NCBI RefSeq assembly: GCF_018350175.1
Contig: NC_058368.1
Coordinates: 178,686,001 to 178,750,000, forward strand
Source: Felis catus
Taxonomy: Eukaryota
DNA length: 64,000 nucleotides
Direction of reading: 5' to 3'
Below are positions 34,461 to 45,616 of this stretch, one piece after another (the stretch's first letter is position 1; each line of letters begins with the position of its first letter). Under the pieces are notes generated by a model. The model was not told where the DNA came from. It saw nothing but the letters and a program-made list of their open reading frames with translations, and searched no databases. A program made the position numbers and the translations under genes.

Positions 34461-35974
34461 TTCTGCTTGCAGGGAAGAAGCGGGTGTGGGTTGCGGGACA
34501 GTGGCCGTTGGTAGGGTACTCAGTAGCACCTCCCACAACTGGCAAAGAAGAGTCCATTGCCCACTCTGCCAGTATAGTTCCACCGGAGTCTCCCATGTGG
34601 GACATGGACTGATGTGCCTAAGGAGGCTTCTGCTGGTGTCAGCTGCCCCCGCAGGGGCCTGTTCTCTATTCTCTCCCCTTTCTGCTCATCCCAGACTGCT
34701 CACTTCATTCATGTCCATCACATGAGAGGATGGGGAATGTAAGCATGGAGAATCTCTTCCTACAAAAATTGCTTGCCTCTAGAATCCACAATATGCCAGG
34801 TTCTGTGCTGAGCACTCAATCCATTGTTTCATCTGTCTCCACAACAATCCCCATTTTACAGATGAGGACGTCGAGGCTCAGAGAGGTGAAGGACTTGCCC
34901 AGGGACTTCTCATTCCATCTGTATGAGAAGAAACTGGAGTTGGAATCCAGTTCTCTTTGGTTCTACACCTGCCTTCTTAGAAGCTATTACTAAATCATCC
35001 TGACTTAAAGGCCGTGAGACTCCATTTCTACAGCCTGAGCTGGAGCCCTAATTTTCATTCTAAAAATTAGCATCTCTCTGGCTTAAGGCCAAGGAGGCAG
35101 CGTCCTCCTTTCCCTACCTGGCCTGATCTCAGCTGACCCCTAACCTAGGTCCTATCTTCTGTCTGACTCTTTTGCTCCAACTAGTTACTTTCTTTGTGTA
35201 TGTGAGGGAAGGGGGAGCAGGGTGAAGGAGGGGGTCACTTCTTCCTGCCACCTTCAGGAGTGCCTCTCTCTAGGCAGCTCAGACTCATAGCTACTCTGAG
35301 CCCCCTGATCTGCCCCCGGCAGGTCTCCGGAGGTACATGAGCAATCAGACCTGATCTTGGAATCGCCGACGTGGAAAATCCAGGGGAACAAATCCTGTTG
35401 GCTCTGGGCAGGTGCAGTTGTCACTGTCCCTGGCCCTACGTTCTGGCTGGCTAGCCCCCCTCCTTGGGCAGGAGAATGAGGGAGCAGAGTGCCATGCTCT
35501 CACATGAACACGCCCACGCCAGGCCCAGCGGCCCCTCTGCTAGAACAAACCTGTTCCCCATCCTGTTAAGAAAACCCATTGGTCAGAGTGAGGTTGCGCC
35601 TGCCAAATAAACATAGTTAAGCTTGTTGCACGTTTTCCCCAAAATAAAGGCCATCAGATGCCCCCAATCTCTAGAGGCAAGATTCTTAGGGAAATGACCT
35701 CCTCCTCTAACTAGTCCCAATAAGAAACTTCTGCCCCAGGGGAGAACCGTCAGACGCACAGCAAATAATCTATCACATCTTGTTTATCTCCCTCTCCATA
35801 TCCTCTTCTCTGGATCTGAAATGCCCTTATAGGAAGGACAACTCGTCTTCCTTGTACAATGGAGCTCTACTTGAGGGTAGAGAGCTGGTCACCAACATAC
35901 ATGTTTGAGGCCCCTGCAGTGGGCTGAGGTTGTCCTCTCCAGCTTAGAGCACTGTACTCGCCTAGACCAGTATC

Positions 35975-36560
35975 CATCCATTCGTCCATCCATTCACCCC
36001 TCTGTCCAGTAAACATTGCTGAGTGCCAGCTGTGTGCCAAGGCCTGTGGTAGACACTGAGGAGCAGGGAATGTACAGAGTTTACTGGGCAGTGGAGGAGA
36101 CAGACAGGTCACCCTGAGATCACAACGCAGGAGCTTTGTGCCTTGATAGAGGTCCATTCATGCCTCACCCCAGAGCTTTCAGTCTAACTAGGCTTTGCTA
36201 TCACTTCAACTCTTTCAGGAGCAGAGGATGTTCTCAGGAAACACCCAAGGCAGGGAGTGATCAGATTTGTGTTTTAGGAAGATCACTCTGGACTTGAGAG
36301 GGTAAAATTGGAGGCAGGCACCAGCTGAGGGGCTGACCCAGAGGTGGGAGGGTGGTGGCCCCAGCTGGGGCAGATGAGGAGGGTGTCGGTGGGGGGGGGG
36401 GAGCTGGAGAAGGGAATAGATGGAATGGGATGGAATAATAATTTAGAGGGTGGTGGCAATAGGACTGGATGAGAAATAAGATGGCATGGTAAGGAAAAGA
36501 GAGGGTCAAAGTGACTCATTGGGCAATTGGGTGGACATGGGGTCTCATGAGCAAAGGGAT
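35975..36560 (-). mobile_element. L2 LINE fragments
   Basis: (CCAT/TCAT) tail, attgctgagtgccagctgtgtgccaagg and gagtgatcagatttgtgttttaggaagatcactctgg. Confidence 0.7.
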
Positions 36561-36729
36561 GCTGAGACGGAGGGATGATTCACCAGACACTCACAAGTCA
36601 GTGGACCCAGAAGTGCAGGCACTCAGACTTCCTGTCAAAGCACATCCATTCCAGGAGATGATGACTCTGGGTTTCAATAGGAAGAGGTTGTGTTAGCTTA
36701 GGAGAGGGAAAAGATGTGTCCCCTTAGAC

Positions 36730-36942
36730 CAGTGGTTTTCAACTCAGGATTCTCAACCTAGGGAATGTTTGTCAATGTTGAAAGGCATTTTTTTGGCTGT
36801 CATAACTTAGGGTAGGGAGTGCTACAGTCATCTAATGTGTAGAGGCAAGAATGCTGCTAGACCTCCTATAATGCACAGGGCAGTAGCCATAATATTACGA
36901 TCCAGCTCATAATGTCAATAGTGATGAGGTTGAGAAACCCTG
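36730..36942 (+). mobile_element. MER20 hAT-Charlie DNA transposon, full length
   Basis: cagtggttttcaac...aatgtcaatagtgatgaggttgagaaaccctg; 8-bp TSD ccttagac / ccttagag. Confidence 0.9.
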
Positions 36943-38769
36943 CCTTAGAGAAGGCAAATAGTGAAATTCAATCATGGAGGCTATGGAGCTAGATGCTTGG
37001 GTCCGAATCCCAGCTTTACCAGCTCATGGGCAAGTTACTTAGCTTCTCTGTGTCTCGTGTTAAGGGAGGCAACGCATGTCAGCCAGCAAGCCTTGCACAT
37101 TTATGTTGAACTCTTTCTCGGTTTCATTAATTGCACCAACCCCTTACAAATATTCACTGAGCATCTCTAAGATGCCAAGCACTGTCCAGCAAGTAGAAGT
37201 CATGGTGGTGAACCAAGCAGTGGTGCCCCCGCAGGGGCACAGGAGATGGAAGCTGTTGTCAGTACTTAGGTCAAACGCTGGTTCTGTCAGCTCAGCTCAC
37301 AGCTCAGCTGTGTGGCCCAGGAAAGTGATACCTTCACGAGTCCTGATTTTCTTATGTGAAAAGTGGCTATGATGAATCCTATCCCATAGCTGCTGTAGGG
37401 CTTAAGTGTTCCCAAAGGGTCTGATCCATAGATACCTTCAGTACACTTCAAATTTCCCTGCTTGTCCTGGCTCCCCCAGGGTCTGGGCTGCAACTCCTTT
37501 AATAACCAGGCAGGGCTTCCTCTGTCCCTGAAAATCAGCCCCGTCAGCCCTCAGACTGCCCATTCCTGGCCTGGGAGCCTCCAGGAGGGTTGAGTGGAGG
37601 TGTGTAGGCCCGGAACCCTGCCGTGTATACCTTGAGGGTGCCTACCCTGCAGAGCAGGATATGGGGAGGACGGAAGTTTCTCCCAGCCAAGAATGTAAGC
37701 ACTCAGCAGTCCCATTTCTCATCTCTTTGCCTGGACACTGCTGCCGGAAACAAGCAAGGCAATAAATGTTTTAAATGTAAGGTAATAAAAATTTGGCAAA
37801 AAAAAATTGAAATCTTGCCTGAGTGCTAGCTCCTGAAAGGGCCCGTTTGTCTTATTAGAAGGCAGGTGAACCGGTTTTAATGGAAACACTGTGGCAGAGA
37901 CCTGGCTCAGCCAGGAAGGGATCCCCATGGGCCTCAACTCCTGTGGTTTCGGTGTCCTAAGGTCTGCTGCTCCTGGGGGCAGGGGTTAGATTCCCTGAGA
38001 AATCTCCCTGGGTCCCGCTGGGCTGGAAGACCTCACAACCCAGTGTGCAAGAATCAGATGAGAAGGGGAAGAGGAGAGGGGAGGTGAACCGGGGGTTTTA
38101 ATCCTCTTTTGGCCTCACACTACGTGGCACTGTCACTTGTGAGGTATTGCACTGGGTGCTTGGAAAATGCATTCCCTCAAAGCCTTATGGCAGCCTTACC
38201 GGGTAAGAGAATGGACTGTGACAGCAGTACACCTGAAACGCATTGGCACTTTGATGGAGCTGGCACCCCATTTGAAGAGGCCCCCACTCGGGGTCTTGGA
38301 AGTCCAGGGTCAGCATCTGACAGTGAGGGCCTCCTTCAAGGTATTGCCTTGTATTAGTCCCTGTCCTGTTTTGTGACCTGAGGACAGTGACTTTTCCAGG
38401 ACTGCATTTCCTCAGCCGTGAAGTTGGGTTTCAACAGCACCCACTTTCAGGGTCACTATGAGTATGGAATGAAATGGGCTGTGGGGAAGGACTTAGATCA
38501 GGGGGAGCACTTCCTGAATGTTAACTGATGTTATTGCCAGGCTGATTTACAGATGAGGAAACAGGCTGAGAAAGGTCACACAGCTAGGAGGCAGAGCTCA
38601 ACCGGAGCCAGCCTGGGGTGGGGGTTTTGAGTGAGGTGAGGGCTGATGCCAGGCATTTGGAGTTGAGGCCGGGGGATGGGGTGAAGAGGTAGTTGCAAGG
38701 TCAGCTGTCTCCGCACCTGCCGGTAGCAGCATTGGGGCATTGTTGTCAGATTCGGGAGCTATCATAGCA

Positions 38770-38900
38770 TTATGGCCAACTTCTTTGAGAATCTGATGGA
38801 AGCTAGCAACTGTCTCCCCCCAAAATGCACCCCAGCCACCCCACACAACCTGGGGGAGGCATATAATCTCAGGAGGTAAGGACCTCTCTGAAGCTGTCCT
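38770..38900. mobile_element. MER103-like DNA transposon fragment
   Basis: ctttgagaatctgatggaagctagcaactgtctcccccc aaaatgcac resembles remembered MER103C. Confidence 0.55.
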
Positions 38901-39489
38901 TGGTTTGCACATGAAAGAAACTGTTGATTTTAGGATATTGCATGGGGGCAGAACAACATGAACCCTGGCCCATCCCTTTTCAGGCCCAGCTATGCTCAGA
39001 ATTTAAGTCCATTGCTTTTTCTCCTCCTTTGCCTTTGCACTGTCCCTTCTTCCCTTGCTAGGACCTGCTTGGAAGGGAAGGCAGAGCCACTGGGGCTCCC
39101 AAGAGCCCCAGGTCTCCCTCCCCCCCTGCTTGGGAGGGCTTGAGTGGTCCAGGTTGAGTTCCTGTGTCGTGAGCTACCCCTTGGCACCTCTTCCTGCTAT
39201 AGGCACCACACAGAGTGTGGGGCCAGCTCAGGTCAGAGAAATGGAAAGGGGACTGCAGAACTGATTTACTAGGCATCCCCCAAATTATGCAGGATATGTC
39301 TGTACTTTTGCCATGGTCCTGATAATAAAGTGTTACAGTGCTTGGTATATAGTCAGTGTCTCTTCCTTTCAACAGTAAGATCTTTGAGGATACCGGACAA
39401 CAACTTTGTTCTGTTCATCCCCGAATAAGAGATGGAAAGAGATGGACTGGAGGGGAGAGAGGGAAGGTGTCTGAACATCATAGTTTCTG

Positions 39490-39775
39490 CTGACCTAGCT
39501 AGAACCTCTTTCTATAGGCTGCCGAGGCTGAGAGAATATGAGGTTGGAGCTGTAGATTGTTGGGAGCTATCTGGTCGGAGAGAATGCTTGTAACACAGTG
39601 GTGGAAAAAGTGAGCCTTGGCAGGATCATTAGAGCCCCTGACTCCAGCCAGACCTGAAGGTACTTCCTCGTTGTATCAGCCCATGGTTTTTTTTTCTTTT
39701 ATTTATTTATTTCTCCCTAAAGCTAGGTTGCATGGGGTATCTGCCACTGCGACTGAGAATCCTGAGTGATATAGA
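39490..39775 (+). mobile_element. Old MaLR LTR (MLT1K/L-like) 3' part
   Basis: gagcccctgactccagccagacctgaag...tctgccactgcgactgagaatcctgagtgatata. Confidence 0.5.
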
Positions 39776-40881
39776 AGCAGGGAAGGAGTCTAGGGGGCAG
39801 GAGGAAGGGAGGGATGGAGGGATGGAGGGATGTCTGCAGCGTGCAGGGAGGCCTTTGGTACTGTGCCAGTTAGGATATATCAGAGGAATCCTAAGGCCTC
39901 CGGGGCTTCTTTGCTGTGGATGGATGGCTGGGTCAGAGAAGAGGGAGTCAGTGCCAGAGGAAGGGGGAAGGGGGTGGGAGGAGGTGGGCTGGCTGAAGCC
40001 CTGGGAGGCGTGGAGACAAGATTAGCTGAGGCCTGAGCAGCAGCTCCCAGTGTTTACTGCAAACAGAAGATGGTGGCCAGCCTCTCCTGGACCTCAGAGG
40101 GGAGGGAGTGGTTGATGGGGGACTCCTCCCCCTGCCCCTCTGTGTTATTAAGCAGGGGTGGGGTTAGGGGAGGCCTGTAGGTGGGAGGGGGTGTCCTAAT
40201 CTTCAGGCTTTTAGCCCTTCCTCCCTGTAATCTTAGCTTCTTTTGCCATTCAGATTTCCCCTTGCCCTCTAGGTCCCAGCAGACCTCCTTCTGTGCTCTA
40301 CCCCCCCCCCCCCCACTGCTATTCAATGATCTAGATCCAGATCCCGACCTGGAGATCGGGATTTTGTCAAAGTTCTCAGGTGCTTCTCATGCCTTTCAGG
40401 TTTGGAAACCCCCGACTTAATTCAAAACTCTGTATTTTACAGATGGGTGACTGAGGACCAAGAAGGAATAAGCTTGTTCATCATCACACAGCACAACAGG
40501 GGCTGGGACCCAGGGCTTCTGAGCAGAGCAACAATGTTGTGTCAGGTCTCAGGGTTTGCACTGTTGATCTCAGCAAGACCTGGAGTGCTGCTTGGAAGAG
40601 GGCGAGAACACAGGCCTACCTGTGAGTTTGAGGTCCTGCAGACCTCAGGAGCAGGGGGGAGGCCTAGAGCCAGCCCTCTGTGCTGTGAGATGGTACAGAC
40701 TATGGGTTAAGAAAGAGTCAGGTGGTCCCAAATGAGGGCTGAGGAGGAAGACGTCCACCCAGATTCAGGGACTGGTCATGCTTCAGCGTGATGGTCAATG
40801 CCCTTCTCTCCTCCTTTGGCTTATTCAGGTTCTGGCAAAGCCTCACCTTCAAATAAGACAGAGTCACTGGGTTTTAATCTC

Positions 40882-41028
40882 TTGCTGCTCAAGGGATGGG
40901 CCCTGGGCCATCACCTGGAAGTTTGCAGACGTGCAGAATCTCTGGCCCCACACCAACCCTACTGAGTCAGAATCTGTATTTTAACCATGGAGAGAATTCT
41001 CACACACACTTCAGTTTGAGGCACACAG
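40882..41028. mobile_element. MER5A hAT-Charlie DNA transposon
   Basis: catcacctggaagtttgcagacgtgcagaatctctggcccc...cctactgagtcagaatctgtattttaac...agtttgaggcacac. Confidence 0.8.
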
Positions 41029-41579
41029 TTATATCCACCACCTAGTGTGAGGTTAGCACAGGCAATTCTACAGCAGTGCAAACTAGCCTCGTTTATGTAT
41101 TTGGATGTGCTGTGAAATGTTTGGTGTCAAATGTGTTTTTGCTAATCAGGTCTTGTTGGAAATCCACGAGAGGAATTGCTGAGTTAAAATAAACAGCAGT
41201 AGCCACCGTAAGTGTGGAAGCCTTGCTCTGTAAAGCAAAGCATTGCAACCTCCTTTAGGAAGTTTGCATGTTTTCTTATTAAATGCACTTCAACTAAAGC
41301 ATGACTGTCCATCCAACATGCTCATGCCTGTTGCAGAGTTTGCATTTGGTTAGCTTTTGGTTGTACCAGGAGCTTTGCTGAGCATTTTATACCCTTGACC
41401 CCACAGAACCCTCATACCTTTGAGGGAGGTATTATTTCTATTCCCACTTAGCAGATAAGCCAATGATGGAATAGACAGGTGAAGCGATTGGGATTCTGCC
41501 TTTCATCTTGCCTTTTACCTTTGTTTTATAATCTTTTCCTCGCCATGCCCACACCCCACCGTCCTGTGCTTTCTTAGAT

Positions 41580-42060
41580 TCTGTATGTCTACCTGGCATC
41601 ATTTACCACAGGGCCATACTATTGGCCAAAGTGTTTGCCCCTCTCCTGCAAGTCAGCTTGCCTGGACTTGCTTTTCTACATGCAGGCTGGCTGCCGAGGC
41701 TGAGCCCCACCGACCTTACCTAACTCACGTAGCAGGCCAATATTTCTCCTGCGCTAAATCATCCTAGAGGCAGGTACCACAACTAGGGACCACCCCTGCA
41801 GCCCAAAGCCTGCCAAATTATTCAAACTGGCCAATCCTAAACTGTTCACCCTGCCCTGCCTTGTTGTTTCATGGAAACCTCAATAAAGCCTGGAGCCTAG
41901 GCCTCTCCTCACTTGGGACAAAAACCTGATGCTTCCCATGCAGCCCTGCATGGTGTGGCCCCCCCTTCTCGGGAAATGTAAATAATGAAAATTGTTCTTC
42001 TGTGGCATTGACCTCTCTGTGCTGTCACTCAGTTACCTCCATTAGTTGATACCCACCCCC
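41580..42060 (+). mobile_element. ERVL-class solo LTR (MER73/MER74-like)
   Basis: aaattattcaaactggccaatcctaaac...ggaaacctcaataaagcc...gggaaatgtaaataat, with CCAAT and AATAAA in LTR order; subfamily uncertain. Confidence 0.55.
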
Positions 42061-42278
42061 ATCATTGCCAGGCCTTGACATTTCAGACTTCGTTCCCTGT
42101 GGCTTCTGGCTTCTGGCATTTACTGAAGGTTGCTTTTGCAGTGCCTACCATGTGTCTCCTGGGATACGAGGCCACTGTACTCCCTGCTCTGAGGGGCGCC
42201 CAGGAAATTGCTTGTCCTGGAACTTGAACTTGGTGAGATATCAGAAAAGTATTGTGGGCAGGTCTGGGGGATTCTGAG

Positions 42279-42787
42279 TGTTAGGGGATAATTTTCCCTG
42301 AGTCTCTTGTATTTCTATGTGTCTTGTAAACTGGCTATGTCTGTTCCAGACTATCCTTTTAAGGATGTTTACATAGCAAGTGGACTTGGAAGATAATGGT
42401 AGTGTTTTCCTCTAGAACAAAGAGCAGATTTGTTTACAATCCAGAATAATAGAGATAACGTCTCCCTCAGGACAAAGGCCAAGTGGACCATCATAGAATA
42501 TTAAGATTCCCTAAGACTGGGTTTTTTTTGTTTTTTTTTTTTTTTTTTCCTGTAGCACACCTTGCTGCATGTGTAAGCCTCACCTGACCCTCTTCAGCTT
42601 GTGGGAAGTGGGACAAGGGAAACTGGTGTACATATGTAGCTCATGCTGCCTGCCCTGCTGTGAATAATAGTCCTTTGTCTCTGATCCGGGAGTCTCAAGT
42701 CTTATGCCGGCATCCATAAGACTGTAGCAGGCAAACTTAGTAGCATGCAAGCAGGGAAAAATCTTAGATCCTACATGATTCTTGACA
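42279..42787 (+). mobile_element. ERVL solo LTR (LTR40-like), near full length
   Basis: Begins tgttagggg and ends ttcttgaca (TG...CA); internal gactatccttttaaggatgttt...cttggaagata matches remembered LTR40. Confidence 0.75.
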
Positions 42788-42914
42788 TTGGAGTCTTCTG
42801 GTTCATGGAATTAAATAGACAAGCCATGCTTCCCTTGCAAAACAGAACTGGTCCCCTCATGAAGAAAGCTAAAAGAGGGTCATGACAGTATAGAGTATCA
42901 AAGCACTGGATGTG

Positions 42915-43760
42915 CGATATTTACCCAAAAGAATTGAAAACATATGTCCACACAAAAACCTACACATGGATATTTATATCAGCTTTATTCAAAATTGCCA
43001 AAATTTGAAAGCAACCATGATGTCCTCCAGTAGGTGAGTGGATCAATAAACCACGGTACATGCAGGCAATAGAATATTATTATTCAGTGCTAAATTCTGA
43101 ATATTATTCAGTGCTAAAAACTAAATGAGCTACCAAGCTATGAAAAGACACAGGGAAACCTTACATGCATATTACTAAGTGAAAGAAGCCAACCTGAAAA
43201 GACTACATATTATATGTTCAAATTACATGACATTCTGGAAAAGGCAAAAGTATGGGGACAGTAAAAAGATTAGTGTTTTCCAGGGGTTGGAGGGAAGGAG
43301 AGGTGAATAGGAGGCGCACAGAGGAGTTTTAGGGCAGTGAAAATATTCTGTGTGATACTGTGATGATGGATCCATGCCATCATGCATTTATCTAGACCCA
43401 TAGAATGTACACCCCCAAAAGCGAACCGTAATGTGAGCTGTGGACTTTGGATGATCTGTCAGTGCAAGTTCATTGATTATAACAAATTTCCCACACTGGC
43501 AGGGGATGTGGATAACTGGGAGGCTGCAGGTTTGGGAGCCTAGGGGGCATATGGGAAACCTTTGAATCTTCCTCTTAATTTTGGTGTGAAGTTGATGGGG
43601 GGGGGGGTGGTGGGAGGGAGGGGTGGGTGCGTGATGGGCATTGAGGAGGGCACCTGTTGGGATGAGCACTGGGTGTTGTATGGAAACCAATTTGACAATA
43701 AATTCCATATTAAATAAATAAATAAATAAATACTGCTTTAAGAAAATAAGGTCTTAAAAA
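42915..43760 (+). mobile_element. L1MC1/2-like LINE 3' end, interrupted by a younger L1
   Basis: gaattgaaaacatatgtccacacaaaaacc...gacattctggaaaaggcaaa...tttagggcagtgaaa...cccatagaatgtacac...actgctttaagaaaataa. Confidence 0.88.
43591..43730 (+). mobile_element. Young felid L1, extremely 5'-truncated (about 140 bp)
   Basis: G-rich tract, gtgatgggcattgaggagggcacctgttgggatgagcactgggtgttgtatggaaaccaatttgacaataaa, then (TAAA)n tail. Confidence 0.85.
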
Positions 43761-43774
43761 AAATTTTTTTTTAA

Positions 43775-43974
43775 AGCCCTGGGTCTGGAGTCAAAAAGCC
43801 TTGGCTTGAAGCTGGACACCTGACTTGGAATAATTTGAGCCTCAGGGTCCTCATCAGTAAAGTAGGGCTAAAAATTTTTCCTGTTTCACAGAGTGTTGTG
43901 AAAAATAGATGAGAGAATGAGATAATAAGATTAAAGGAGTCAGAGCTTTACCAATGTTAGCTTTTGTTATTATT
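43775..43974 (+). mobile_element. MIR SINE
   Basis: gggtctggagtca...gagcctcagggtcctcatcagtaaagtaggg...aatgttagctttt. Confidence 0.7.
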
Positions 43975-43980
43975 AAAAAA

Positions 43981-44207
43981 AATTTTTTAATGTTTATTTA
44001 TTATTGAAAGACAGAGAGAGACAGAGTCTGAGCAGGGGAGGGGCAGAGAGAGGGGGAGACACAGAATCTGAAGCAGGCTTCAGGCTCTGAGCTGTCAGCA
44101 CAGAGCTTGACACGGGGCTCAAACTCGCAAACCATGAGATCATAACCATGAGATCATGACCTGAGCTGAAGTCGGCCGCTTAACCGACTGAGCCACCCAG
44201 GCTCCCC
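43981..44207 (-). mobile_element. Felid Can-SINE (left unit of a tandem pair)
   Basis: Full body ending gagccacccaggctcccc; internal 14-bp tandem duplication; no TSD of its own. Confidence 0.95.
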
Positions 44208-44244
44208 TCCTTTCTCTCATTTTTATAAAAAGGTTCTATCATGG

Positions 44245-44468
44245 TTTTTTTTTTTTTTTAATGTTTATTTATATCAGAGAGAGAGAGAGAGAGAAAGAGA
44301 GCACAAGTGGCAGAGGGGCACAGAGAGAGGGAGACACAGAATCCCAAGCAGGCTCCAGGCTCTGAGCTGTCAGCACAGAGCCTGACACAAGGCTTGAACT
44401 CACAAATGGGGAGATCATGACCTGAGCTGAAATCAGACGCTCAACCGACTGAGCCACCCAGGCGCCCC
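44245..44468 (-). mobile_element. Felid Can-SINE (right unit of a tandem pair)
   Basis: Poly(T), full body ending ccaggcgcccc; its right flank matches the left flank of the neighbouring SINE. Confidence 0.95.
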
Positions 44469-44691
44469 CAGATTTTGTTATTATTTTTATCGTGGTCGGT
44501 TTTTAGCCTCTGGTCAGTCATTCATTTCGAGGCAATTTCTGAGGCTGGAGGGAGCCCTTGATGGCGAAGGGGCCTCCAGACCAGCTGGGCGGCATCCCTG
44601 CTTCCAGCTCATGGCTCCGGGATGCACTACACGCCTCACCTCTGTACTGCATGCTCTCTTCAGGCGCCTTCTCCACCAACTTCACTTTCTT

Positions 44692-45062
44692 TATATTAGT
44701 CTGCTCAGGCTGCTATGACACAAAATATCATAGGCGGGTTGGCTTAAACCGCAGGGAGTTATTTTTCACAGTTCCGGAGGCTGGAAGTCCAAGATCAGGG
44801 AGCCAGCATGGTCAGGCTCTGGTGAGAGCCCTTCGTCTGGCTTGCCAGTGACCACCTTCCTTTTCTCTGAGTCCTCACATGACAGAGAGAAAACATTGGT
44901 GTCTCTTCTTATCAGGGCACTCATCTATCTCATCAGGAGGGCTCCACTCTCATGACCTCCTCTAAACCTAATTACCTCCCAAAGGCATCTCCAAATACCA
45001 AAACACTGAGGGTTAAATCTTCAACATACAAATTTCAGGAAGACACAATTCAGTCTATAGGA
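44692..45062 (-). mobile_element. MLT1A-like MaLR solo LTR
   Basis: tattagtctgctcaggctgctatgaca...cacagttccggaggctggaagtccaagatc...cttcaacatacaaattt...attcagtctatag. Confidence 0.88.
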
Positions 45063-45069
45063 TTCTCTA

Positions 45070-45510
45070 TGTTCGTCCACCCTCCTCTGAGCCCCAGGAG
45101 GTAAACCTAGCTTCCACAGACTGCACCACCAGGCCCCCTTTCAAACTCTGGCTTTTGATTGGGGCCAGCTAACTGATGGCACCAGAAGGAGATTGAAGGG
45201 CCAAAGGAAAGAGAGGTCAGAGTATTTGTTTCCCCAGGTGCTTCCCTCGGGATCACAGGAGGCACAGCTATTCCTCTGTGGGTGTCTCTCACAGCTACAG
45301 ATCTGGCTTGGTTCAGATGATCATCCCCCTTTGCCCATGTAGGCCCTGGGGTGGTGATGGCATCATGTGGTTGGCACCTGAGTGTGTTCTCATCCCTTTT
45401 GGATTTCCCTCGGCCCTGTTAACACTTCAGTAAGTAGTCTCTTCATTAACTTCTCCTCAATTACCCTTCCTGAGTGTGCCATCTGTTTCTAGCCAGGACT
45501 CTGTCTACTA
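45070..45510 (+). mobile_element. ERVL solo LTR (LTR33-like)
   Basis: gaaggagattgaaggg...gagaggtcagagtatttg...ctcctcaattaccc...gagtgtgccatctgtttctagccaggactctg. Confidence 0.7.
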
Positions 45511-45616
45511 GAGCCCAAGTCTCCTTCAACACAGCCCAATCTCAAAAGCCAGGGATTAGCAGTCTTGAGAGGGTGCCAGTTACAGCTAGGGTGTGATCAA
45601 CCCAGGCCTCCTTCCT

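Noticed and set aside
33876..34605. Overlapping 168-aa and 132-aa ORFs
   Set aside because: They run through a degraded MaLR LTR, and neither resembles a known protein.
35542..35557. agaaca-aacc-tgttcc as a steroid hormone response element
   Set aside because: The spacer is 4 nt rather than the 3 nt required for GR/AR/PR palindromes.
41150..41207. Possible 58-nt exon ending acc|gtaagt
   Set aside because: Weak acceptor and no recognisable peptide; not distinguishable from chance.
41580..42787. Two adjacent LTRs as the ends of a provirus
   Set aside because: They are dissimilar families separated by about 220 bp with no gag/pol remnants; independent solo LTRs.
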